This document shows positions 37,976 through 50,109 of a DNA stretch of 64,000 bases, in pieces; the stretch's first letter is position 1; each line of letters starts with the position of its first letter. A program made the position numbers and the translations under genes. Source of the DNA: Squalus acanthias (Eukaryota); contig CM059431.1 of assembly GCA_030390025.1 (NCBI GenBank), positions 133,922,001 to 133,986,000 of the forward strand. Direction: 5' to 3'. The notes under the pieces were generated by a model. It did not search any database and had not been told where the DNA came from. It saw only the letters and a list, made by a program, of their open reading frames with translations.

Positions 37976-38208
37976 TTTAAACAAAAGCAAAATACTGCGG
38001 ATGCTGGAAATCTGAAAGAAAAACAGAAAATGCTGGAAATACTCAGCAGGTCAGGCAGCATCTGTGGTGAGAGAAACAGAGTTAACATTTCAGGTCGATG
38101 ACCTTTTTCCAGTTCTGACGAAAGGTCATCGACCTGAAACGTTAACTCTGTTTCTCTCTCCACAGATGCTGCCTGACCTGCTGAGTATTTCCAGCATTTT
38201 CTGTTTTT
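37976..38208. mobile_element. Penelope-like fold-back insertion with an intact hammerhead core on +
   Basis: Near-perfect hairpin with ~85-bp arms. 11-bp TSD ATAACTAAAGT at 37965-75 and 38209-19. Motif AGTT-CTGACGA-AAGGTCATCGACCT-GAAACGTT-AACT. Confidence 0.8.
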
Positions 38209-38949
38209 ATAACTAAAGTCTTGCACAAGTTTAACATTACCTACTTGGTTCCTTAGTCAATGGGATAGAATTTCCGCTGGAGTTACACCTAGAAGCACAA
38301 CTGCAGCGATTATGGCCAGGAAATTGTTCTGGAGCCACTAGGCTAGCTTTACACTGGTTGTTGCCACCTTTGGGACTTCCCCTTGGAAGCTACAGGAAGT
38401 ATAGAATACTTCCATCCAAATATGAGTGGGTGTATTTAAATGTTATGCAAATGATGGAAATACATCATTTCTCAACACTTGTGTCATAGCAATGCTGATA
38501 CAAAGGATGTCTGATTAGAAGGCAAATGTATTCACAGGCTCTGGGGTTAGCACAGAGGCAGAAGCAAATCTGTGCTTTCTGCTTCAAGAACGCATGCAAC
38601 TTACATGGATAATAGAGTTGGCACATTCCAGTCACAGCAATGGTCATCTGTAGCCTCCAACCTGTCACCACCTCATTCCAGGCATGCTGCAATGCTGACC
38701 TATGGAAATGATGCTATGGGATTGCACAGAGAGCCACCTTCTTGCAATCATCTCATGCAGCACTACCTCCACTTTAGCAACCATCAAACAAGGGAACAGC
38801 TTCATTTAGCTGTCGACATGTGCCTGCACATTGGGCTTCCATTAACTTCATTTTTGCCTGTCACTTCTTAGCCTTCTCCCCTTTCACCTTTGGTAAAGAC
38901 TGCCAATGGGCTGCAATCCCTTTTGAGTCTTTCCTAAGGGTGCAAGTAA

Positions 38950-39427
38950 ACATAGAACATAGAAAAATAGGAGCAGGAGTAGGACTTTCGGCCCTTCGAG
39001 CCTGCTCCACCATTCAATATGATCATGGCTGATCCTCTATCTCAATACCATATTCCCGCTCTCTCCCCATACCCCTTGATGTCTTTTGTGTCTAGAAATC
39101 TATCTATCTCCTTCTTAAATATATGCAGTGACTTGGCCTCCACAGCCTTCTGTGGTAGAGAATTCCACAGGTTCACAACCCTCTGAGTGAAGAAATTTCT
39201 CCTCATCTCAGTCCTAAATGTCCTACCCCGTATCCTGAGACTGTGACCCCTCGTTCTAGACCCCCCAGCCAGGGGAAACATCCTCCCTGCATCCAATCTA
39301 TCTAGCCTTGTCAGAATTTTATACATTTCAATGAGATCCCCTCTCATTCTTCTAAACTCCAGTGAATACAGACCTAGTCGACCCAATCTCTCCTCATATG
39401 ACAGTCCTGCCATCTCAGCAATCAGTA
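38950..39427 (-). mobile_element. Young CR1 3' fragment
   Basis: ORF 39042-39413 is nearly identical to 13055-13426. Confidence 0.92.
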
Positions 39428-39474
39428 TTGTCCAACTATTCTACCACTTCCCTTTAATAGAAAGAAGAAAAAAA

Positions 39475-39865
39475 TGACTTGTATTTATAAAGCACCTATC
39501 AGATCCTCAGGATGTTCCAAAGATTTTCACGGCGAATTAACTTTCATTTGAACTGCAATCAATGTTGTTATGTAAGCAAATGCAGCAGCCAACTTGCAAA
39601 CCGGAAGATCCCACAAATAGCAAATGAATGAATGACCAGGTTATCTGTTTTGGATGGTGTTGTCTAAAGGATAAATGTTGGTCAGGACACCAGGAGAACT
39701 CCTTACTCTTCTTCGAATAGTTTTATGGACCCTTCTAAGTCCACTTAAACAGGCAGACGGAGCCTCGGTTTAATGCCTCGTGTAAAAAAAAGCACCTCTA
39801 ACAATGCAGCACTCCCTAATTAATGAACTGGAGTGTCAGTCTAGATTGTGCTCAAGTCATGGAGG
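39475..39865 (-). mobile_element. DeuSINE (SacSINE1/AmnSINE1-like)
   Basis: Recalled Deu-domain segments (ggcagacggagcctcggtttaa, gcagcactccct, caggacacca..gaactcc) and an L2-type tail. Confidence 0.7.
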
Positions 39866-41394
39866 ATTTTGGTGCTTTAGATGAGAAAGTGCAGGATGAG
39901 TTACCTCTCACGGGAATGAAAGTGGTGAGTGAAGAAGGGGTGTTTGCTACTGAATAGAAGCATAACATCACCATGGGTCATGTTCAGTTGATCATTATTT
40001 GGACTTCTGGGCCAGCTATGAAACAGAGGAAACTTCCTGAACATGAGCAGATGCACTAGTCATCTTGTAACCTAAGCTGTAAACTTGGTTTTCTACGCAC
40101 GTGGATTCTAATCGGCTGCAAACTATCTTGAAGCAAAAGTTGATTGTTCTGTGGATTGGCTTTAAACCACATACAGCATCATTGGCATCAGCTGGGGATA
40201 CTTCTTCCATATAGACAGTTAGAGCATCTCTTAGGAATACTCGCATTAAGTTTCAAATCCCATTAATGATCAGTTTCGATATGCTTGGAGATAGGTTCCA
40301 GAGAACCATGAGAGAGAAATTCAGGAACCTGCAGCAATGCAATACTTTGTATTCACATGGATTATGTTGTGTTCCTTTGCTGATAAATAAAAAAGTGTTT
40401 CATGAAGGTGTAAAAATTGCTCTAAGTGGCCTCCTTTTGAGGCTAACTAAGATGGGACCGAGTACCCGTGGGGCAGGCATGACAGGCAGGCGCCCAGGTC
40501 ACATGGGGCACATTGCGGGTGCACCCCACCGAAGGAGGCTGAAAATTTCAATCCCCTTTGTAAAATGACTATAAAACTTTTTTTTAAATGACCACTTCAC
40601 CGGTATTCAGGCTACGAACCAGGCCTGGACCCCCAGATGGGCTGCACTTTGTCCGTTTGACAGGCTGGTATGTCTGGTTTCACTTAGCCTACTGGCCCAC
40701 TGATTCCACACCTTGCAAGGGATATGGAAATTCCTGACCTAGGTGTCCCTGCCACCATCCACTGGCCCCTCAACATCCCCCCACCCTGCCTTCCCCCGTC
40801 CGTCAACATTAATGGCTTTGTTTGAGGCAGGAGTAAACTCTGAGCCTTACAAGACTAGTCAGAAATTTCAAACGAAGGTTGGAACCTGGCATATCCTAAT
40901 TGTAGTTCTTCCAGCACACTCTCACTGAGGTTATGGTAGGAGAGTGCCGGAAGGCAAATAAAAAATTCAGCCTAAGTTTTTTTTTAAATCACTCAATGAG
41001 TGGTGCTTAATCTAGTAGTATGATCTTTCCCAAGGATATTTTTTTCTGCCAAGCATGATAAGATATCTTTAAGATAATTGGCAAAAATCCAGCGAGTTGT
41101 TATGATCTGGAACCTGAAAGGATGGTGGAAGCAGATTAAAAGTAACTTTCAACAGGGACTTGGATATATACTTGAAAAAGAGAAATTTTCAAAAAGCCAG
41201 CACAGCCAGTTTTTCCCCTGGTTAAATATCATCTGGGAAGGGTATTTTCCTCAAGCTGCTTAGCTTTGGAAGTCTATTTACCTTATTTTTTTTAGTGTTA
41301 TATCAGGAGCCCCCTTCAAGAACTGCATGACTTTCTACCCAATGCAATACGATCCTTAGAAGATTTCCTCTCATGGTTTACTCTCATATGTATT

Positions 41395-43787
41395 GGCACT
41401 GAAATTCGCCTCTCCGGCTTGCCGCGGGGGGTAAGGATCGCGTGCGCACTTACCTACCGTGCCTGCCGTTGACATAGAAACATAGAAAACATAGAAAATA
41501 GGTGCAGGAGTAGACCATTCGGTCCTTCGAGCCTGCACCGCCATTCAATGCGTTCATGGCTGAACATGCTACCTCAGTACCCCATTCCTGCTTTCTCGCC
41601 ATACCCCTTGATCCTCCTAGTTGTGAGTATTATATCTAACTCCCTTTTGAATATATTTAGCGAACTGGCCTCAACAACCTTCTGTGGTAGAGAATTCCAC
41701 AGATTCACCACTCTCTGGGTGAAGAAGTTCCTCCTCATCTCAGTCTTAAATGGCTTCCCCTTTATCCTTAGACTGTGACCCCTGGTTTTAGTTTTCCCTA
41801 ACATTGGAAACATTCTGCCCGCATCTAATTTGTCTAAACCAGTCAGGATTTTAAACGTCTCTATAAGATCCCCCCTCATTCTTCTGAACTCCAGAGGATA
41901 CAAGTTCAGTTGATCCAGTCTTTCTTGATATGTCAGTCTGGCCATCCCAGGAATCAATCTAGTGAACCTTCGTTGCACTCCCTCAATAGCAAGAATGTCC
42001 TTCCTCAAGTTAGGAGACCAAAACTGCACACAATACTCCAGGTGTGGCCTCACCAAGGCCCTGTACAACTGTAGCATCACCTCCCTACTCCTGTACTCAA
42101 ATCCCCTTGCTATGAAGGCCATCATGCCATTTGCTTTCTTGACTGCCTGCTGCACTTGCCTTCCCACCTTCAGTGACTGATGTACCATGACGCCCAGGTC
42201 TCGTTGCACCTCCCCTTTCCCTAATCTGCCACCATTCAGGTAATAGTCTGCCTCCCTATTTTTACCAACAAAGTGGATAACCTCACATTTATCCACATTG
42301 TACTTCATCTGCCCATTCACCCAACCAAGTCACTCTGTAGCCTCCTAGCATCCTCCTCATTGTTCACACTGCCTCCCAATTTAGTGTCATCCGCAAATTT
42401 GGAGATATTACAATTAATCCCTTCGTCCAAATCATTAATATATAATGTAAACAGCTGGGGCCCCAGCACCGAACCCTGCGGTACCCCGCTGGTCACTGCC
42501 TGCCATTCTGAAAAGTACCTATTTACTCCTACTCTTTGTTTCCTGTGTGCCAACCAGTTCTCAATCCACGTCAACACATTACCCCCAATCCCATGTGCTT
42601 TAACTTTGCACACCAATCTCTTGTGTGGCACCTGTCGAAGGCCTTCTGAAAGTCCAAATACACCACATCTACTGGTTCCCCCCCGTCCACCCTATTGGAA
42701 ACATCCTCAAAAAATTCCAGAAGATTTGTCAAGCATGATTTCCCTTTCACAAATCCATGCTGACTTGGACCTATCATGTCGCCACTTTCCAAATGGTCTG
42801 TTATGACATCTTTAATAATTGATTCCATCATTTTACCCACCACCGATGTCAGGCTGACCGGTCTATAATTCCCTGCTTTCTCCCTCCCTCCTTTTTTAAA
42901 AAGAGGGGTTACATTAGCCACCCTCCACTCCTTCGGAACTGATCCAGAGTCTAAGGAATGTTGGAAAATGATCGTCAATGCATCCACTATTTCCAAGGCC
43001 ACCTCCTTCAGTACTCTGGGATGCAGATCATCAGGCCCTGGGGATTTATTAGCCTTCAGTCCCATCAATTTCCCCAACACCTTTTCCCGACTGATAAGGA
43101 TTTCCCTCAGCTCCTCCCTCTTACCAGATCCTTTGATCTCTTTTATTTCCGGAAGGTTGTTTGTGTCCTCCACAGTAAACACCTCTGGGCCCACGGGAAC
43201 TTCAGCTCCTGGGCCTGCTCCAAGTGCCGGCGCACAGTGCTTGCGTGTCCCAGGGGCGTAGTTAGACCTGTCAAATCTATGAATTGAAATCGGCCCCAAA
43301 AGAACAGCTAAACTTCAAATAAATTTTTAAAAACCCAACACATTTATAAAATAACTATAAGTTAAATAAATTAACTACTTTAAACAAAAATTAAAATTTT
43401 TGCAAAAATTAAAATACTTTTTAAGAGTGCTAAAAATAAACTTACCTTTCTTTAAAGTATCTAAAAAAGATAAACCTGTTGAAATTTTTTTTAAATTATA
43501 ATTAATTAACCACTTACCTTGTTGAAAACGGGTCCTGCGCCTCCTTTTTAAAAGCGTAGGTTCTTCAATACTTACACTCCCGTAGAAACCTGAAAAAAAA
43601 CCTAAGTTTGCTGCGCGTGCGCAGCCTCTACCACGCACGCGGTTCACCTATGAACCGCCCCCTTCACCAGACCGGAAGTTCCGGTTTCCCGCGCATGCGC
43701 AGTGCATGCAGGAAACCGGCACTTCAGGACGCCTTACGGGTGAGTACACAGTGCGTACTCACCCGGGAAGGGCCGAATTTTTGGCCC
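41395..43787. mobile_element. Related MITE interrupted by a CR1 insertion
   Basis: Imperfect TIRs GGCACTGAAATTCG / CGAATTTTTGGCCC. Segment 43180-43787 shares the AT-rich core and GCGCATGCGC hairpin layout of the 34686 MITE. Confidence 0.6.
41472..43180 (-). mobile_element. CR1 3' half
   Basis: ORFs 42571, 42317 and 41574, with tail at 41472-41500. Confidence 0.93.
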
Positions 43788-44131
43788 AATATAGGACAGT
43801 TTTGTTGATTTGTTCTCACCTGTAATTTTTTTTCTTTCCAGAATTTGGATTGTCCATTTTTGATTTTATGACAAAGTCTCTGAAACCTGTTGCTTCCTGA
43901 AAATTTTGGTAAATTTTACAGAATGTATCATTGTGGCTCACTAAGAATAATGAACCAACAAGCATAAAGCAATAATCAAGTATGGAGAAGCCCAGTCACA
44001 AATCTGGTGGAGGCAGAGAGGAAGAACGCAAAATTCATGCTGAAATTTTAACAAGCTGTACTAATAATTTTGCAACACATTCTAGTTAAGTCAACAGTTT
44101 TTATTTCGTATATACACATATAAATACTTAC

Positions 44132-44274
44132 TGATTTTATCCCTAGGGTTTCTAATCTTTCTGTCAAACTTTGTTCCACTATTTTATGCAATTCTTTCAC
44201 TATAGTTGGATTTTTCTTCAGAACTTTTCTAAGGTCTTCATTGCATGTCGATACTTCTGGTAGATGCTTCATGT
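44132..44274 (-). CDS. DZIP1: Host gene internal exon A (143 bp), DZIP1-like
   Basis: Acceptor tttcttttcag and donor GTAAGT. Translates x-MKHLPEVSTCNEDLRKVLKKNPTIVKELHKIVEQSLTERLETLGIKS and ends in phase 0. Resembles recalled human DZIP1 'LRKALKSNSSLTKGLRTMVEQNLMEKLETLGINA'. DZIP1L is the alternative paralogue. Confidence 0.8.
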
Positions 44275-44349
44275 CTGAAAAGAAACATTTTAATAATTAT
44301 TTCTCAACCTGCTTACAGTTTGCCAGATAAACACATTGGGAGGAATATG

Positions 44350-45438
44350 AACCTGGAATTTGGGAGTGGGTTAAAACTGGCAAAAATACGAGCGCGTCAG
44401 GAAGCCGGCTGCAACCCGCCGATTTCCGCATTTAACTCGAGTGCATTAGGCTACTTACGCGCAACCCCCTCGGGTTGCCTATTAACATGCGGTAATCGCT
44501 CAATTGGAACAATACTTCAAATGACTTTCAAATTTAACGGCACATCCATGGGTTTCCCGGGCTTCCTGTAACTCGCCAGTGAAAGCAAGGCAAGAACACA
44601 ACGACAATCATGGAAATACTACAATAAATAATCAGAACTCACACCTACTCGTAGGAAAGGGTTTGTTCGAAGTACTTTTGCTGAGAGTTTACTTTCTACA
44701 TTTGGATGTTTTCTGAATCACGTCAGGATGGGTGGCGCTCTGGCTGCCTTAGATTGGACCTAGGATCAGTACCCACACCAGCAGCAGCCTGCTGTTGAGA
44801 GACCCGTAGCTGGATATCAGAGAGACCAGTAGCAGCAGCAGACTGCTGTTCCAAGATATGCTGCTGAACAGCAGAGGGCAGCAGCAGATAGGGGAGCAGC
44901 TCACAGGAGGCACTACTGCGACACAAGGTGTATAAGCAGAGTTTCCTTGAAATATTGGAACAACAATGCTTCAGGAGGCTCAGGTTGTTGCGTCAAGTGG
45001 TGGCAGACATCTGCAGCCTCCTAGAAGACGACCTGCTCCCTGCTGGACGTGGTGGCCATGCGTTACGAGTGGTTGTCAAGACACCACCACCCTCAAATTT
45101 TTAGCCTCCGGATCCTTCCAGGGCTCTGCCGGAGACATTTCCAGGATCTCCCAGTCGGCGGCCCATAGTTGTAGAAAACAGGTGACTAATTGGTATGTTT
45201 GCCAGGGCCGCAATTATGTGAACTTCGCCTGCGATGACGCCAGTCAGAATGAGTGGGCTTTTGGGTTTGCGTCTCTGGCTGGTTTCCCACAGGTGCAGGC
45301 CGTCATCAACTGCACAAAGGTGGCAATCCAGGAACCCCCAGATCAACCAGGAGTATTCATGAAAAGAACTGAAAAGGCTTCCACTCTATCAATGTGCAGC
45401 TGCTGTGCAACCACGAAAAGATATTTCTGCAGGTGTGC
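44350..45438 (+). mobile_element. Decayed Harbinger transposase, 5' part
   Basis: Motifs [19 protein letters not shown] and FPQVQAVINCTKVAI. Truncated by a LINE. Confidence 0.75.
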
Positions 45439-48400
45439 AGTCTTCAGCCAATTCAATTGACTCCACGTGATATCAAGAAATGGCTGAGCGCACTGGATAC
45501 AGCAAAGGCTATGGGCCCCGACAACACCCCGGCTGTCGTGCTGAAGTCTTGTGTTCCAGAACTAGCCGTGCCTCTAGCCAAGCTGTTCCAGTACAACTAC
45601 AACACTGGCATCTACCCGACAATGTGGAAAACTGCCCAGCTATGTCCTGTCCACAAAAAACAAGACAAATTCAATCTGGCCAATTACTGCCCAATCAGTC
45701 TACTCTCAATGTCCAAGGAGGAGTGTTTGCTAGTGCTGTTGGGGAGGGTTTAAACTAAAATGGCAGGGGGTTGAGAACCTGTGCAGGGAGACAGAGGAAA
45801 GGGAAGCAAGGATAGAAGCAAAAGACAGGAAGGAGAAAAGCAAAAGTGGAAGGCAGAGAAATCAAGGGTGTAAATCAAACATGGCCACAGTAAACAATAA
45901 TTCTAAAAGGTCTAAGAGTGGTAAAAAAAACAAGCCTGAAGGCTTTGTGTCTTAATGCGAGGAGCATTCATAATAAGGTGGATGAATCAGCTATGCAAAT
46001 AGATGTAAACGGATATGATATAATTTGGATTACAGAGACATGGCTCCAGGGTGACCAAGGCTGGGAATTCAACATCCAGGGGTATTCAATATTCAGGAAG
46101 GACAGGCAAAAAGGAAAAGGAGGTGGGGTAGCATTGCTGGTTAAAGAGGAGATTAACACAATAGTAAGGAAGGATATTAGCTCTGATGATGTGGATTCTG
46201 TATGGGTAGAGCTGAGAAATACCAAGGGGCAGAAAACGTGAGTGGGAGTTGTATACAGACCCCCAAACAGTAATGCTAAGGTTGGGGATGGCATTAAATG
46301 GGAAATTAGAAATGTGTGCAATAAGGGCACAGCAGTTATCATGGGTGACTTTAATCTACATATAGATTGGGTTAACCAAATTAGTAACTATACTGTGGAA
46401 GAGGAATTCCTAGAGTGTAGACGGGATGGTTTCCTGGACTAATATGTCAAGGAACCAACTAGACATCAGGCCATCTTAGACTGGGTATTATTTAATGAGA
46501 AAGGATTAATTAGCAATCTTGTTGTGCGAGGCCCCTTGGGGAGGAGCGATCATAATATGATAGAATTCTTCATTAAGATGGAGAGTGAAGTAGTAGTTGA
46601 CTCAGAGACTAGGGTACTGAATTTAAATAAAGGAAACTACGATGGTATGAGGCGCGAGTTGGCTAGGATGGATTGGGGAATGTTACTTAAAGGGTTGACA
46701 GTGGATAGGCAATGGCAAACATTTAAAGATCGCATGGATGAACTACAGAATTTGTTCATCCCTGTTTGGCATAAAAATAAAACAAAAAAGGTGACTCAAC
46801 CGTGGCTAACAAGGGAAATTAGGGATAGCATAGGAACCAAGGAGAGGACATATAAATTGGCCAGAAAAAGCAGCAAACCTGAGGATTGGGAGCAGTTTAG
46901 GATTCAGCAAAGAAGGACAAAGGGATTAATTAAGAGGGGGAAAATAGAGTATGAGAGTAAGCTTGCAGGGAACATAAAAACTGACTGTAAAAGCTTCTAT
47001 AGATATGTGAAGAGAAAAAGATTGGTGAAGCCAAGTGTAGGTCCCTTGCAGTCAGAATCAGGGGAACTTATAATGGGGAACAAAGAAATGGCAGACCAAT
47101 TAAATACATACTTTGGTTCTGTCTTCACAAAGGAGGACACAAATAAACTCCCAGAGATGTCGGGGAACATAGGGTCTAATGAGAGGGAGGATCTGAATGA
47201 AATCAGTATTTGTAGGGAAATGGTGTTAGGGAAATTGATGGGATTGAAGGCCGATAAATCCCCAGGGCCTGACAATCTGCATCCTAGGGTACTTAAGGAA
47301 GTGGCCCTAAAAATAGTAGATGCATTGCTGGTCATCTTCCAAAATTCTATAGACTCTGGAACAGTTCCCATGGATTGGAGGGTAGCTAATGTAACCCCAC
47401 TATTTAAAAAAGGTGGTAGAGAGAAAACGGGGAATTATAGACAGGTAAGCCTGACATCGGTAGTGGGGAAAATGCTAGAGTCCATTATAAAAGATGTAAT
47501 AGCAGAGCACTTGGAAAACAGTGACAGGATCGGACAAAGTCAACATGGATTTACAAAAGGTAAATCATGCTTGACTAATCTACTGGAATTTTTTGAGGAT
47601 GTAACTGGTAGAATAGATAAGGGAGAACCAGTGGTAGTGGTGTATTTGGACTTACAGAAGGCTTTTGATAAGGTCCCGCATAAGAAATTAGCATGCAAAG
47701 TTAAAGCACATGGGTTTGGGGGTAAGGTACTGACTTGGATAGAAAACTGGTTGGCAGACAGGAAGCAAAGAGTTGGAATAAACAGGTCTTTTTCCGAGTG
47801 GCAGGCAGTGACTAGTGGGGTACCGCAGGTGCTAGGACCCCAGCTATTCACAATATATATTAATGATCTAGACGAGGGAACTAGATGTAATATCTCCAAG
47901 TTTGCAGACGACATAAAGCTGGGTGGGCGTGTGTGCTGTGAGGAGGATGCAGAGAAACTCCAGTATGATTTGGACAGGTTGGGTGATTGGGCAGATGCAT
48001 GGCAGATGCAGTATAATGTGGATAAATGCGAGGTTATCCACTTTGGTGGCAAAAACAGGAAGGCAGATTATTATCTGAACGGCAATAGATTGGGAAAAGG
48101 GGAAGTGCAACGAGACCTGGGTGTCCTTGTGCACCAGTCGCTGAAGGTAAGCATGCAGGTGCAGCAGGCGGTTAAGAAGGCAAATGGTATGTTGGCCTTC
48201 ATAGCGAGAGGATTCGAGTACAGGAGCAAGGATGTCTTGCTGCAGTTGTAGAAGGCCTTGGTGAGACCACACCTTGAGTATTGTGTGCAGTTTTGGTCGC
48301 CTTATCTGAGGAAGGATGTTCTTGCCATGGAGGGAGTGCAGCGAAGATTCACCAGACTGATACCTGGGATGGCAGGAATGACGTATGAAGAGAGATTGGG

Positions 48401-50109
48401 TCGATTAGGCTTATATTCGCTCGAGTTTAGAAGAATGAGAGGGGATCTCATTGAAACTTATAAAATTCTAACAGGACTAGACAGACTAGATGCAGGAAGG
48501 CTGTTCCCGATGGCGGGGGAGTCCAGAACCAGGGGTCACAGTCTAAGGATAAGGAGTAAGCCATTTAGGACTGAGATGAGGAGGAATTTCTTCACCCAGA
48601 GAGTGGTGAATCTGTGGAATTCTCTACCACAGAAGGCAGTTGAGGCCAATTCATTAAATATATTCAAGAAGGAGTTAGATATATTTCTTAAGGCTAAGGG
48701 GATCAAGGGATATGGGGAGAAAGCAGGGACAGGGTACTGAATTTGGATGATCAGCCATGATCGCATCGAATGGCGGAGCAGGCTCGAGGGGCCGAATGGC
48801 CTACTCCTATCTTCTATGTATGTTTCAATCTTCAGCAAAGTGATGGAAGGTGTCGTCGACAGTGCTATCAAGCGGCACTTACTCACCAATAGTCTGCTCA
48901 CCGAGGCTCAGTTTGGGTTCCACCAGGAACGCTCAGCTCCAGACCTCATTACAGCCTTAGTCCAAACATGAACAAAAGAGCTGAATTCCACAGGTGAGGT
49001 GAGAGTGACTGCCCTTGACATAAAGGTAGTATTTGACTGAGTGTGGCATCAAGGAGCCCTAGTAAAATTGAAATCAATGGGAATCAGGGGAAAGCTCTCC
49101 ACTGGCTGGAGTCATACCTAGCACAAAGGAAGATGGTTATGGTTGTTGGTAGACAATTTTCTCAGCCCCAGGACATCTCTGCCAGAGTTCATCAGGGCAG
49201 TGTCCTAGGCCCAACCATCTTCAGCTGCTTCATCAATGACCTTCCCTCCATCATAAGGTCAGAAGTGGGGATGTTCGCTGATGATTGCAGTTTTCAGTTC
49301 CATTCACAACTCCTCAGAAAATGAAGCCGTCCATGCCCGCATGCAGCAAGACCTGGATGACATTCAGGATTGGGCTGATAAGTGGCAAGTAACATTTGCG
49401 CCACACAAGTGCCAGGCAATGGCTATCTCCAACAAGCAAGAGTCACCATTGACTAGAAACTTAATTGGACCAGCCACATAAATACTGTGCCAACAAGAGC
49501 TGGTCAGAGGCTAGGTATTCTGTGGCGAGTGTCTCACCTCCTGACTCCCCAAAGCCTTTCCACCATCTAAAAGGCACAAGTAAGGAGTGTGATGGAATAT
49601 TCTCCACTTGCCTGGATGAGTGTAGCTCCAACAACACTCAAGAAGCTTGACACCATCCAAGACAAAGCAGCCCACTTGATTGGCACCCCATCCACCACCT
49701 TAAACATTCACTCCCTTTACCACCGGCGCACCGTGGCTGCAGTGTGTACCATCTACAAGATGCACTGCAGCAACTCACCAAGGTTTCTTCGGTAGCACTT
49801 CCGAAACCCGTGACCTCTACCACCTAGAAGGACAAAGGCAGCAGGCGCATGGGAACACCACCACCTCCAAGTTCCCCTCCAAGTCACACACCATCCTGAC
49901 TTGGAAATATATTGTCGTTCCTTCATCGTCGCTGCGTCAAAATCCTGGAACTCCCTCCCTAACAGCACTGTGGGAGTACCTTCACCACGCAGACTGCAGC
50001 GGTTCAAGAAGGCGGCTCATCACCACCTGCTCAAGGGCAACTAGGGATGGGCAATAAATGCTGGCTTTGCCAGCGACGCCCACATCCCAGAACGAATAAA
50101 AAAAAAAAA
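45439..50109 (+). mobile_element. Second-lineage LINE with poly(A) tail, split by a CR1
   Basis: 45439-45710 joins 48825-50109. Ends in AATAAA and an A-run. A minus-strand piece of the same family lies at 1-210. Confidence 0.85.
45711..48824 (+). mobile_element. CR1 with near-complete ORF2 (few stops)
   Basis: Endonuclease and RT ORFs 45918, 46242, 46524 and 48258. Possible TSD TCAAT at 45706-10 and 48825-29. Confidence 0.95.

Noticed and set aside
40016..40246. 76-aa minus-strand ORF between exons A and B
   Set aside because: No recognisable homology or convincing splice sites, and A splices to B in phase.
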